This document shows positions 23,591 through 36,847 of a stretch of DNA of 64,000 bases, one piece after another. The position numbers and the translations under genes are program-made. The notes below the pieces were generated by a model that searched no databases, was not told the origin of the DNA, and was given only the letters and a program-made list of their open reading frames with translations. The stretch spans positions 9,912,839 to 9,976,838 of the forward strand of contig CM119269.1 in assembly GCA_051294375.1 (NCBI GenBank), in the 5' to 3' direction. Origin of the DNA: Paraspadella gotoi (lineage: Eukaryota; Animalia; Chaetognatha). Every line of letters starts with the position of its first letter. The first letter of the stretch is position 1.

Positions 23591-25433
23591 CGGTTTCATA
23601 TCCGGGTGACGTTTTCCAAACGATGACTGACGTTCGAAGTAAACAAAGGCGCAATTTATCGGGGAAAAGCTTGGGGACGCGACGAAGACATCGAAGAAAA
23701 GGACAAAAGAGAACAAAAAATGAGAACAAAAAAGGAGAACAAAAAGGGAAGGAGAGCAAAAAAGGAGAACGAAACGACAAAGAACAAAAAAAGGAAAACG
23801 AGAAGGGAGAGAAGCGAAAAAGCATGGAGAAAAAAATGACAAAGAAGAACAAAAAGGGAAAGGAGAACAAAAAAATCAGAACAAAAATGAGAATAAAATG
23901 ACAAAGAAGAACAAAAAATTCAAATATAAGTGACAAAACGAGAGAAAATACAAAAAGACAAATCGGGACAAGTAAAGAAGACAACAAAATCAAAAACGAA
24001 AAAAAGGAGAAAATTGGGAAAAATAAAAAAAAAAAGGAATTAATTCGAGTAGGATTAAACGGGCCATAGAAAAAAAGCTTACAAAGGAACACATACGCGT
24101 GCACATCCCTAGGGAAATATATAAATACATATGTGCAGATGAAAAAAAGCGGTTGAAAAAAGTTTGGGTTTCCCATCTGAAAAAAAAAAACTCTAAAGGA
24201 TTTCCGCGGAAGAAATCCATTAGAGAATAAACAAAAAACAAAAGACACAGAAGAAAAAATGAATTAGGAAAAGAAAAAATGAAAAAAAAAGAAAATAAGG
24301 AAATAAACAAAAACTTAGAACGAAACTCGTTTTTTCCGCCTGCGGAAAATTCGTTTNNNNNNNNNNNNNNNNNNNNNNNNNNNNNNNNNNNNNNNNNNNN
24401 NNNNNNNNNNNNNNNNNNNNNNNNNNNNNNNNNNNNNNNNNNNNNNNNNNNNNNNNNNNNNNNNNNNNNNNNNNNNNNNNNNNNNNNNNNNNNNNNNNNN
24501 NNNNNNNNNNNNNNNNNNNNNNNNNNNNNNNNNNNNNNNNNNNNNNNNNNNNNNNNNNNNNNNNNNNNNNNNNNNNNNNNNNNNNNNNNNNNNNNNNNNN
24601 NNNNNNNNNNNNNNNNNNNNNNNNNNNNNNNNNNNNNNNNNNNNNNNNNNNNNNNNNNNNNNNNNNNNNNNNNNNNNNNNNNNNNNNNNNNNNNNNNNNN
24701 NNNNNNNNNNNNNNNNNNNNNNNNNNNNNNNNNNNNNNNNNNNNNNNNNNNNNNNNNNNNNNNNNNNNNNNNNNNNNNNNNNNNNNNNNNNNNNNNNNNN
24801 NNNNNNNNNNNNNNNNNNNNNNNNNNNNNNNNNNNNNNNNNNNNNNNNNNNNNNNNNNNNNNNNNNNNNNNNNNNNNNNTAAAGCGTGGAAATTTGTTGT
24901 CGTTGTCGTTGTTGTTGCAAGAGGAAGAATAAAAAGAAGAAAAGAAAGAAAAGGAGGAGGAGGAGGAGGAGAAGAAGGAGGAAGAGGATGAAAAGATGGC
25001 GGCAAAAATACAACTTCGAACTCAGCAAAAATTCTTTTTGACAAATCGTTGTCATCGAAGAGGACGACGACGAACGACGACGACGNNNNNNNNNNNNNNN
25101 NNNNNNNNNNNNNNNNNNNNNNNNNNNNNNNNNNNNNNNNNNNNNNNNNNNNNNNNNNNNNNNNNNNNNNNNNNNNNNNNNNNNNNNNNNNNNNNNNNNN
25201 NNNNNNNNNNNNNNNNNNNNNNNNNNNNNNNNNNNNNNNNNNNNNNATCCAACGGAAATTGTCGTGCGCGTCGGTAACCTGACTCGGTCTTTTTTTGTCG
25301 GGTTGCGTTCCTCTTTACGTTGCNNNNNNNNNNCGGAAATTGTCGTGCGAGTCAGTAACCTGACTCGGTCTTTTATTGTCGTGTAGCGTTCCTCTTTACG
25401 CTGCGAAATTAATATCCGACAATGGAGGAAGAG

Positions 25434-25466
<33 letters not shown>

Positions 25467-26176
25467 GTCGGCACTGGTGACCTTTACGATGCAAAAATAG
25501 GGAAAAAATGAATATTATTTTTTTTCTGGTTGGAGAAAAATTTAGGGATTTCGTTGATTTAGAGATCAAAATTGAAAACATGGTCGGAGGGAGAGAGGGA
25601 GGGAGGGAGAAGNNNNNNNNNNNNNNNNNNNNNNNNNNNNNNNNNNNNNNNNNNNNNNNNNNNNNNNNNNNNNNNNNNNNNNNNNNNNNNNNNNNNNNNN
25701 NNNNNNNNNNNNNNNNNNNNNNNNNNNNNNNNNNNNNNNNNNNNNNNNNNNNNNNNNNNNNNNNNNNNNNNNNNNNNNNNNNNNNNNNNNNNNNNNNNNN
25801 NNNNNNNNNNNNNNNNNNNNNNNNNNNNNNNNNNNNNNNNGAGAGGAGAAGACAAGTAAATTAAAGGAAGAGAGGAGAAGAGAGGTCTTTTTTATGGAAG
25901 GAGAGATGAAAGTCTTTTCTTTGTTTCTTTTTNNNNNNNNNNNNNNNNNNNNNNNNNNNNNNNNNNNNNNNNNNNNNNNNAAGAGGAAAGAAATTTAAAA
26001 AAAGAGGAAAGGAATGAATCAGAGAATAACATTAAAAAAGAATAGAAATAAAACGATTGGAGATAAATAAAGAAAAGAAAAATAAAAGAAAATTTGGGAG
26101 GAAAGCGAAAGGAAATGAAACTGACATTAAATGTTTCGACGATGACGCGATTACACAAAATTCGTCGTCGTCGTCA

Positions 26177-26214
<38 letters not shown>

Positions 26215-26818
26215 ATCATCGTCGTCGTCGTTGCCGTCGTCGTCTTCATTGTCGTCGTTGTGGTTTTATTATTGGACCAATGTTTTCCGTCGCTTGTGGA
26301 GAAGAGAATATTCTTCAAAGGGAGAGAGAGAAAAGGGAGAGGGATGAGAGAGAATTGGAAGGAAGCAGACAGAAAAGGAAAGAGAGAAAGAAAAGGATAG
26401 AAAAAGGAGGAATATAGAAAGAAAGTAGAGAAAGAAGGTTGAGTAACAAAGGGGGAAAAATAAGAAAGAGGGAGAATTTGGAAGATGTAAAAAAAATTAA
26501 GGAAAAGGATTAGAGAAAAAAAGAAAAGAACGTTATCTCGGATACTCTTGAAGGTGATACTTTAAAGGAGAAGGCATATCCTCTTGAGGATGATACTCTA
26601 AAGAAAAGGGCGGATCCTCTGGAGGAGAGGGTCTATCCCTTAGCAGGGGGATGATCCGTTTCTCGGGTCATCGTGGGTCAAAAAAGATTCTTCCTCATCT
26701 CGGAAAAAAATCGACGGCATCCACGCGAAGCTCATGAAAAGAAGGTGGACCCCATTGACCTTTGGAGTTTCTCCACAACCGCCTGGCGCCTGGTAGATTC
26801 GCTCTATCTCATGAAATC

Positions 26819-26955
26819 GGTATAACCAAAATGAAAATTATCCATTCATTGGATAAATAAGCTATCTTGTCCCAGACTTTGGACAGGGTTTAGTGCTTAA
26901 AGATCTTCATCACTCTAGATAATGACATAGCTGGACCCTGCAAGTTTTGAATTAA
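26819..26955 (+). repeat. Dispersed repeat family (other copies ~48980-49050 and ~63325-63420)
   Basis: Shared core 'ataagctatcttgtccc(a/t)gactttggacagg', with '..catcactct..catagc.gg.ccctgcaag' in two of the copies. Confidence 0.7.
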
Positions 26956-29900
26956 TAATCACTCACAGTCTCGGAGAACCTATCATAATTCGATGTTCTG
27001 GGATAATCTAAATTTTTTTTGTCGAAAAGATTTAAGGTTAGGACCGACAGACCGATCCGGCTCAAAGCAAAAAACAGGATGACAAAATTCAGAAGAAAAA
27101 AAAATAATCTCTAACTAATGAGAAAAAATATGAAGGATAAGGGAAAATAAAATGTTTTAAAACGAAAAAAAAAAGGGAGAAAAATAAAAGAAGAAAAGAG
27201 AAAACCCCCCCCCCCAAAAAAAAAAAACTGAGTTGATTTTAATCAAAACTTCATCGAAGGGAATCAAAACAAAGGACGACCTTGTCCTCGGGACAAAACA
27301 CTTCCCTTCTCTCTCCGCGGAACGTGGATTCGTTTTCGGCATAAAATCAATTTCATACTTAGCTACATTAACTACTACATCAACCGGTATATCAATATCA
27401 CTACATCAACCGCTACTTCAATCGCTACACCAACTATCATCATTCCGTTGACGTGGTATTCCTGCAAGAATGACATGAATCCTTAAATAGACCGATTTAT
27501 CAATAAACTCATTTACTCCATCCACCTTTTGAATCCCTAAACCACAACATCAATTCCACTTTTCTCTTCATCAACTTCAACATCAACCATCAACTTCATT
27601 TTGTGGTGTTTTTTTTTNNNNNNNNNNNNNNNNNNNNNNNNNNNNNNNNNNNNNNNNNNNNNNNNNNNNNNNNNNNNNNNNNNNNNNNNNNNNNNNNNNN
27701 NNNNNNNNNNNNNNNNNNNNNNNNNNNNNNNNNNNNNNNNNNNNNNNNNNNNNNNNNNNNNNNNNNNNNNNNNNNNNNNNNNNNNNNNNNNNNNNNNNNN
27801 NNNNNNNNNNNNNNNNNNNNNNNNNNNNNNNNNNNNNNNNNNNNNNNNNNNNNNNNNNNNNNNNNNNNNNNNNNNNNNNNNNNNNNNNNNNNNNNNNNNN
27901 NNNNNNNNNNNNNNNNNNNNNNNNNNNNNNNNNNNNNCTCACACATTGGCCCACCAAAGTCCCTACTCAGCCCTTCTCTTGTCTCCCACGCAACATGCTC
28001 CCCTTAGCCAAGCAGCTTTCATGCCTCTCAAACCACAAAGCAAAGCAATCTGCAGTCTACACGATAATTCCCCTCAAAGTTCTTTCCTCTATTTTATCTC
28101 TCCTATTCCTTTTTTCTTTTCATTTTTTTTTTCTTTCTCTCCTTTCATCTTTCAATTTTTTCTCTTCTCTCTTCCTCTCTATTCTTATCTTCTTCATCTT
28201 TTCTTTCCATTTCTTTTTAATATTGTTTTTCACTTCTTTCCTCTTTTCCTTTCCGTTTCTACACTCTCCTTTCCTAATTTTCCTTTCCTCTTTCTTTCCT
28301 TTCCTTTCATTCCTCCCTGCTTCCCTTTCCAACCTTCTCTTTCCCCCTTTCCTTTCCTTTTCCTCCCTCCCTTTCTTTCTTTTCCGCCACTTTCTTTTCC
28401 TTCTCTTTCCTTTCCTTCAATTTCCTTTCCTCCACTTTCCTTTCCCCCAATCNNNNNNNNNNNNNNNNNNNNNNNNNNNNNNNNNNNNNNNNNNNNNNNN
28501 NNNNNNNNNNNNNNNNNNNNNNNNNNNNNNNNNNNNNNNNNNNNNNNNNNNNNNNNNNNNNNNNNNNNNNNNNNNNNNNNNNNNNNNNNNNNNNNNNNNN
28601 NNNNNNNNNNNNNNNNNNNNNNNNNNNNNNNNNNNNNNNNNNNNNNNNNNNNNNNNNNNNNNNNNNNNNNNNNNNNNNNNNNNNNNNNNNNNNNNNNNNN
28701 NNNNNNNNNNNNNNNNNNNNNNNNNNNNNNNNNNNNNNNNNNNNNNNNNNNNNNNNNAGAATCATGAAGGTCCTTCTTGTTGTTGTCGTTGTACGCGAGG
28801 ACGGTCGAGGTTCGGTCACCTTTTTGATCCCCGTCAGTCGGTTGTAGCCATTGCGTGTTGAAGGGGAAGAGATACAGTGCGAAACGGATAAAACAAAGGA
28901 AACATGAGAGGGCGGTAAGGAGAGGGAGAATACAGAAGGAACAAAATATTTCGGTGTTAAGTTGAATAGGTTGAGAGAGAAAGTAGTTAGCACTATTGGT
29001 TGAAATTAATCAATTTGATAGGAAACTCAACGGAATTTGAACAAAATTTTAAAAAAATGACCTGAATACAGAGAGAGTCAAAACTCAAAACTTTTATTAA
29101 ATGTCTGGACATTTTAAAATCTCTCCATCATTCACAAAGTCTTTAATAGAGCATTTAAGTAACCCATTACACAAAGAAAAAAAGTAAAACAATAACAATA
29201 TAGTTCAAACGGAAAGATAAATGAGGTCATATATCAATCGGTCCAAGGTCAACTGAAAAGTGATGATTGATTTTGTCGTTGTTGTTGTCGTTGTTGTTGT
29301 TGTAGTTGTCTCCGTGAAATGATAATCCGTGTTTCCTCACAATGAATTAGACTCTCGTTTTGCAATTCGAGCAAAAAAAGATAATATTTGTTACAGAATT
29401 TATTTTTGAATAATTCGACGGATTATTTGATTCTCTTTTCCAAAAGAGCCCAAACGTAATTCTTAGCCATTACCCTAAATCCTAATCTTTAACCATTAAA
29501 ATTTAGTCCCTTAACCCTAATCACTGGCCTAATCTATAATCCTAATCCTATAATCCTAATCCCTAACCTTAACCCCTTACCTTTAATCTTAAATTTAAGA
29601 CTCAATGGGGCGTCCTTGGAAAATGTTCCTGATTTTCTCTTCAAGATTAGTTTCTCGACGAGCACTCCTCAAATACATAACTGGTTACTCTGCTCTATGC
29701 CCTTCTTTCTTTTTCTCTTTTTTCTTTTTTTCAACTTCTTCTTCATCATCATCCTCCTCCTTCTCTTCCTCTTCCTCCTCTTCAAAAATCAACCATGGAA
29801 CGGTTCCATCTTCTCCTTGATTCCATCAAAAGGAAGATTTGATGTCTGGTCCCTGATTCTGCAAAAAAAATTCTGTTCAATTTCTGAAGGGAACATATTT

Positions 29901-30367
29901 ACCCAATCCCCATCGGCCCCAAAATATGAATAAAATCATTTTCTTCACCATAAGACTCGACAGAGAGCTTGGGATTAGGTTGTGTCCGATTTTAACTGCA
30001 AAGTTCACGGGTCATAGTTATCGAAGAGAGTAAAGTAGAATTTATGTTTGCTTGTGACTGGCCCGCGACGAGACTTACGGCTTATTAGGTGTGAAATCTT
30101 TTTTCCTTTTATCATTTCATCTCAGTTAATGGAAAGAACTGACCAGCATTAAATTTATTTCACAAAATGTTGGGATTTTCAACCCGTAGAAACATAATAA
30201 AAATAAATAAAATATAAGCAAGGCAAAAACTAAACGCCATCAAAAATAAAGAATAGTAAAACAATTAACTCGAAATAATAAATCTTTTATGTCTGGATAT
30301 AAACACTTCGAAATAAATTAATTTATTATACGAATAGTGCCTCTTATATAGTGGCAAACGATCCAGG

Positions 30368-30461
<94 letters not shown>

Positions 30462-30535
30462 CCAGGTGACGTGATTACAAGAGGAAAAAGCTAATTAAGC
30501 TTAGAACTTTTCTCAAAGATCGAGCGCTCAGGGAT

Positions 30536-30571
<36 letters not shown>

Positions 30572-31036
30572 GCTTTCTTTCTTTCTTGCTTTCTTTCTTT
30601 CTCCTAATTATTTTATCTTATCTCTTTGTCTTAAATTATTTTTTTTAATCATTTCTTTATTCTTTCAGTTTTTTTTTACTTAATCCCTTTTTTCGTTTCA
30701 AATAAAGTTCAGAGCTTAATTTTAACCGAGGTTAATCATTCCCTATTTTTTTTCTCACACACACAAAAAAAAAGATGACTGTTCCTAAAAATTATAATAA
30801 AGAGCATGAAATTAAATAATTCGCTCTTCTCTCTCCCTTTCGAACCCTTAATTTGAATATTTTTTTTCATTTTTTTCATTTTAAGTTTTTTTTCTTTCTA
30901 AATTTCCCGCGCAAAAAAAGATGACTGTCAGAGGGCGCTCGAAGATAATTCCCCTCATTTGCATATAATAAGAAACGTCAACAAAAGATATTCTCTTCTT
31001 TTCAAAAATCCTGGGCGAGTTTTTACGTCTTCAGGA

Positions 31037-31068
<32 letters not shown>

Positions 31069-31340
31069 TCTCATCTCTCTCCTCTTTCTACTCTTAGTCT
31101 GTCTATCTCTCTCTCTCATCTCTCTCTCTCCCTCTCTTCTCTGTCTCTCTCTCTCTTCTCTCTCTCCTTCTCTCTCTCTCTCTCTCTCTCTCTTTCTCAT
31201 CATAATTTCTATCCCCTGTACTCTCTCTCTGCTCTCTCTCTTTCTCTTCAGGTGCATCTTAGTTTCCTCTCTCCTCTCTCCCCTCTCTTGCCATCTTTCT
31301 CTACGCTACTTTTCTCCAGATTCCATTTTCATGCACCTCT

Positions 31341-31381
<41 letters not shown>

Positions 31382-32495
31382 CTCTTTCTCAGTTCTTATT
31401 TTTTATTGTTTCCTATGCGGCGATGCATCCATGTAAGGGTGATATCTAAATTTATAAAAATTCCTAAAGATTTATAAAAAAATTAGTCGCAGCTTTTAGT
31501 AATTTAATATTTATTATCTATGAATAATTTTCAATGAATGTTATACCAAATTAATCACAACAAAAAATCTCCAAGGAATCATTAAAATCAGATGGTTAAT
31601 AAGTACGGTCCTTAGTTATAAGAACCAGGTTATTGTTAACAATAACAGTAATTTAGGCCGCATTCTGGTTCCCAATGGACATTACTACTTTTATTAACAG
31701 ATAATTATTAGCGAGGATTCGGAAGCTTCTTTACAAATGCGGGACTCAAATCAGCGAAACAAGAAAAATTAAAACTCGTTTTCTTCATTTTTTTCCTTTG
31801 ACGAAAAGAATCAAAGTTTTTTAACGTTTCGAACTTTAAGACAAAACAACAAAACGAAACAGAAACAAACGAAACAAAAACCAAACGTACCAAAAACAAA
31901 ACGAAGCAGAAACAAAACGAAACAGAAAAAAAAAGTTCAACGGCGAAAAGTCTAATGGCGAATTTCAAAAAGGCGAAATGAAACAGTTAAATGACGACCT
32001 ATGAATAATAAATAAACCAAACGAATATATATGTCAACAAAGTTATACAATGTTAAAGAAAAATACTAATCCATCTACAAAATCTATAAGATTTAATTTC
32101 AAGGTCAAACAAACTCTATTAAAATCGATCGATTAAAAACAAAAGACGTTGACTTTTTCGATCGTCTGGTCCCCTGGTGTTAAAAATTAAAAGAAGAACA
32201 TTCGAGGGACGAGTTAAAAACTGTCGCCTTAAGGTCAAGGCCTTAAGGTTGAATCATAACGATTATCCTATTTGTGGTGGACTATCTCTCTGTTTAGNNN
32301 NNNNNNNNNNNNNNNNNNNNNNNNNNNNNNNNNNNNNNNNNNNNNNNNNNNNNNNNNNNNNNNNNNNNNNNNNNNNNNNNNNNNNNNNNNNNNNNNNNNN
32401 NNNNNNNNNNNNNNNNNNNNNNNNNNNNNNNNNNNNNNNNNNNNNNNNNNNNNNNNNNNNNNNNNNNNNNNNNNNNNNNNNNNNNNNNNNNNNCC

Positions 32496-34955
32496 CCTCC
32501 CCCTTCCCTCTTCCTCCGCATCCTCCTCATATCCATATCCGGCGTCGAAATCCTCCTCCTTACCGGCGTCATATACGGATGGGCGCCGTTCGTCTTCGTC
32601 TTGAAGGAAGAAGGATACTACGGTTATCTCTGCGAAACCGGCGTCGGAAATTCGGCGTCGAATCGACGCCGCGGCGACGGCGAAGACTCAGCGCTGCTGC
32701 GGGAATTGGCAGCGGCGCCGCAGTCGGTCGTCGACGCGGCGAAAAGAGGGAGAAGCGGCGATGGAAAGGACAGCGATGGAACCACAGACAAAGTAGGAAA
32801 AGACAGCGATGGAACAACGGAAAATGGAGGGAAGGAGAGCGATGGAACGACTAATGAAGGAGGGAAGGACACCGATGGAACGACAGATGAAGGAGGGAAG
32901 GACAGCGAAGGAACGACTAATGATGGTGGGAAGGACAGCGATGGAATTAAAGATGACAGCGATGGAACAACTAAAGGACAGACAGACGACACTAGAAAGA
33001 ATAACCCAGGCAATGAAGATCAAAATATAACAAATGGTGAAGCAGAACCACTAATAGTTGCAAAATCAGCAGATGGTGAAGAAGCAACAAACAATGATGA
33101 ATTAACGGATGACAAGGGTGAAGCAGATGATGGTGGAATACCTGACGATGGTGGAATAACAGATGACGGTGGAAGAACAGATAATGGTGGAATACCTGAC
33201 GAGGGTGGAATAACAGATGATGGTGGAATAACAGTGGACGGTGGAATACCTGACAATGGTGGAATATCAGATGGTGGTGGAAAACCTGACGGTGATGGAA
33301 TACCTGAAGATGGTAGTATAACAGATGATGGTGGAACACCTGATGATGGTGGAATAACAGATGATGCAGGAAAATCAGATGATGATGAAATACCAGATGA
33401 TGGTAGTATACCAGATGATAGCGGAATAACAGAAGATGGTGGAATAACAGATAATGGTGCAACACCTAATGATAGTGGTATAAAAGATGATGGTGGAGTA
33501 ACAGATGATGGTGGTTTACCAGATGATGGTGGAATAACAGATGAAGGTGGAATAAGAGATGATGGTGGAACACCTGATGATGGTGGTATAACCGATGATG
33601 GAGGAATACCAGATGATGGTGGAATACCAGATTATGTTGGTATACCAGATAATGATGGAATACCTGATGATGGTAGTATAACAGATGATGAAGGAATAAC
33701 AGATGTTATACCAGATGATGATGGAATACCTGATGATGGTAGTATAACAGATGATGGTGGTATAACAGATGATGGTGGTATAACAGATGATGGTGGAATA
33801 ACAGATGATGGTGGACCACCTGATGATGGTGGTATAACCGATGAGGGAGGAATAACAGATGATAGTAAAATAGCAGATGATGGTGGTATAACAGATGATG
33901 GAGGAATAACAGATGTTATACCAGATGATGATGGAATACCTGATGATGGTAGTATAACAGATGATGGTGGTTTCCCAGATGATGGTGGAATAACAGATGA
34001 TGGTGGAATAACAGATGATGGTGGACCACCTGATGATGGTGGTATAACCGATGAAGGAGGAATAACAGATGATAGTGAAATAGCAGATGATGGTGGTATA
34101 ACAGATGATGGAGGAATAACAGATGTTATACCAGATGATGATGGAATACCTGATGATGGTAGTATAACAGATGATGGTGGTATAACTGATGATAGTGGAA
34201 TAACAGATGATGGTGGTTTACCAGATGATGGTGGAATAACAGATGATGGTGGAATAACAGATGATGGTGGACCACCTAATGATGGTGGTATAACCGATGA
34301 TGGAGGAATAACAGATGATGGTGAAATAGCAGATGATGGTGGTTTACCAGATGATGACGGAATAACAGATGATGGTGGAATAACCGATGATGGTGGAACA
34401 CCTGATGATGGTTCTATAACCGATGATGGAGGAATACCAGATGATGGTGGAATAACAGATGATAGTGGTATACCAGATGATAGTGGAATAGCAGAAGATG
34501 GTGAAACACCTGAGGATGGTGGTTTAACAGACGATGGAGGAATACTAGATGATGGAGGAATACCAGATGATGGTGGAATAACAGTTGATGATGGTATACC
34601 AAATGATGACGGACTAACAGATGATGGTGGTATAACAGATGATCAAGATGGTGCAGATAATGATGGAATTCTAGATCAGGCAGATGATCAAGGAAAAGAA
34701 GGACTTTCAGATGAACAAGCTTTTCCTGATAATGAAGGCGAGAGATTACCAGATGATTTTGGAGGAATAGACAATGAGGAAACGCTTGATGACGAGGGAC
34801 AACCAGATGATTTAAGGCCATTAGATGAGGGTCTTGGAGATGATAAAGATTTTATAGATGATCTGACTGGTTTGGATGAATCTTCATCCGTTCGAAAAAA
34901 GAGGAGTCTCTCATACGGATATCATCACCCCGGATGTCGGCCGCAGGACGAAAGG
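32496..34955 (+). CDS. SLC43: SLC43-family transporter, first visible coding exon: TM1 plus giant Asp/Gly-rich extracellular loop (start lies in the N gap 32298-32493 or upstream)
   Basis: Reading upstream of the listed ORF in frame gives RILLISISGVEILLLTGVIYGWAPFVFVLKEEGYYGYLCE, the SLC43 TM1 motif (E......G...GW......lK.Eg.y..LC). The exon ends GCRPQDER|gtaag, matching SLC43 C..QDE. Confidence 0.9.
33123..34640 (+). repeat. Coding minisatellite: 18-bp unit (gatgatggtggaataaca/cca = DDGGIT/P), roughly 80 units, with a 210-bp higher-order repeat
   Basis: Read directly; marker 'agatgttata' recurs at 33701, 33911 and 34121. Confidence 0.95.
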
Positions 34956-35203
34956 GTAAGTCGATGAAACTCATCAGTAGTTATCTGTAGTCATCTGTAG
35001 TTAGTTTAGAGTAATAATAATACAGAAACGTAATTTGATATTTAACAAAATTACAAAATGGGTTTAAGGGCCTCATAGTAATTGTAAAGTCAAACGCGTT
35101 GGAATTTTCCGCGCAGTCACTGTCTCGGAATAACCGGCGCGTGATCATAAATTGTAAATCCTTAATGCTAAATAGTAAATCTTAAATCCTAAATCTCACA
35201 CAG

Positions 35204-35306
35204 CTAAATCAAGTTTTCTCCGTTGCTCTGATTTTCGCAAATCTCGCGTTTTTCATTGGAGATTTCGCCGTCGACAAAATTGGCGTAAAAATCGTCAGAG
35301 TTGTGG
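35204..35306 (+). CDS. SLC43: SLC43 exon: TM2 and MFS motif A
   Basis: cacag/gtaagg; encodes LNQVFSVALIFANLAFFIGDFAVDKIGVKIVRVV; phase 0 to 1. Confidence 0.88.
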
Positions 35307-35602
35307 GTAAGGATTTAATGAAAATCTGCCGAGTAAAAAGTAGGGATTTAAAGAGAGAATATGCTGATTGCTGAGGTATGTGTGAGGATTCTCATTTAAG
35401 TGCCGTGGGTTACGTTTTATAAAGGGATTTAGATTTAGAAAAGATTCCATCGGGTATTAGATGGGTCATGGCTCGTGGGTAAGGACTTAAAGTTGATATG
35501 CTGCTAAAAAATTTTAACATTTGTCGGGCAATCGGGTAAATATTTAAAAGGTCGCGATTTAAATGTTTTGATTTCCTCAAATCGGTAAATTTTCTCCAAC
35601 AG

Positions 35603-35730
35603 GCGGCGTTTGCATCGGAGTCGGGAGCCTCGTTCTCGGTTTTGTTGAGATCGATTTGTCAGATCTGCTCTTTCCTTGTCTCATTCTCATCACATTCGGT
35701 GGTCATCTACTCTACGTCGCCACAATCAGG
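35603..35730 (+). CDS. SLC43: SLC43 exon: TM3-TM4
   Basis: aacag/gtata; encodes GGVCIGVGSLVLGFVEIDLSDLLFPCLILITFGGHLLYVATIR; phase 1 to 0. Confidence 0.86.
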
Positions 35731-35905
35731 GTATAAACTGAGAGGAATTTGTCACTCTTTCTTTCTGTTTACAAGTCTAACTCTTTTGTTCTTCTGTTTG
35801 TGTCTATCTGTCAGTCAGTCTGCGTGTCTAGAGTCTATCAGCGTGATCGTTTCTGTCGATAATTTATGATTTTCTGTCAATTAGAAAGTCAGTTGGTCTG
35901 TGTGG

Positions 35906-35954
<49 letters not shown>

Positions 35955-35990
35955 ACCCACACCCCCCCTCTCTCTTCACCCCCAACCCAG

Positions 35991-36217
35991 CTTCGTCATC
36001 TCCTCCCTCGCTTCTCCTCCCTCCTCTTCTCCCTCTTCCACGGTCTCTTCGGCGCCTCTGCCTCCACCCTCCTTGCCGCCAAATCTCTCCACGTGGCGTC
36101 GCTCAGCGTTAAAGTTTACTTCCTCTTTCTCTGCGCTGCGGCGGCGGCGTCGACGGCGGCGTCGTTGTTCCTGCTGCCGAAAGACGCTGGATCGGAGGCG
36201 AAGAGGGAAAAAGAGAG
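35991..36217 (+). CDS. SLC43: SLC43 exon: TM5-TM6
   Basis: cccag/gtttga; encodes LRHLLPRFSSLLFSLFHGLFGASASTLLAAKSLH..YFLFLCAAAAASTAASLFLLP; phase 0 to 2. Confidence 0.84.
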
Positions 36218-36847
36218 GTTTGAGAAAATCGCTGCTGTTTTTTTATGATCGGATTTTAGTTTTAAATTTTTTTTTTTAGTAGTAAGTCTTTAGGTCACTT
36301 TTTCCTTTGTCTGTAAGTCTTTTTTTTTGTTATTTTAAGACTTTTAAACCTTTTAACAAATGTTTTCTACTTGCGTCGTCACGTGATAAATTTAAAAAAA
36401 GCAAATATAATATGAAAATGAGTTTTGAAGTGAGGCTTATGAAAATCAAATGATAATTCAAATAGCGGCCCAAACATTTAAATTTTCATTCCTTGTTTGA
36501 CAAGATGTTATTAATAACTTGAATAAAATGATGAATTGATTTTGATGTAAACTAAAACACGGAGAGGCGGGCGAGTATATAATCTAATAAAATATAAATA
36601 TAAAAATTTTAACAACAGTTACATAAATACATAAATTAGTTGAGAGTCTAAATTTAAAAAAATGGTTTATAGAAAAAGGGAAAGAAAAAAAATTTATATT
36701 TAAAGTTCCCTATTTTTTGACGCTTTTAAATTTTAAAATACGAAAACTTTGCATTTTTATTATTTTTGAGATTGTGTTTTTTGTTTTCTTTTTTTGCTTT
36801 GTTTTGTTGTCAGATTTAATAAATTTTCTTCTCCCGAATTCTTACAG

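Noticed and set aside
23547-24310. Phe/Leu-rich or Lys/Glu-rich ORFs here and at ~28000, 31000, 42400, 44000, 52000, 56500 and 60500-63800
   Set aside because: They are translations of purine/pyrimidine tracts and (AG)n microsatellites, with no domain motifs.
25249-25400. 70-bp tandem repeat
   Set aside because: Two near-identical copies flank a 10-N gap, which is a typical contig-overlap artefact.
33123-34640. CRISPR-like array
   Set aside because: These are tandem coding units with no unique spacers, in a eukaryotic context with no cas genes.
32601-34967. Stand-alone secreted acidic or collagen-like protein of 788 aa
   Set aside because: The frame continues upstream into SLC43 TM1 and there is a gtaag donor before the stop. 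There is no Gly-X-Y periodicity, and the TTG start is an artefact of the ORF track.
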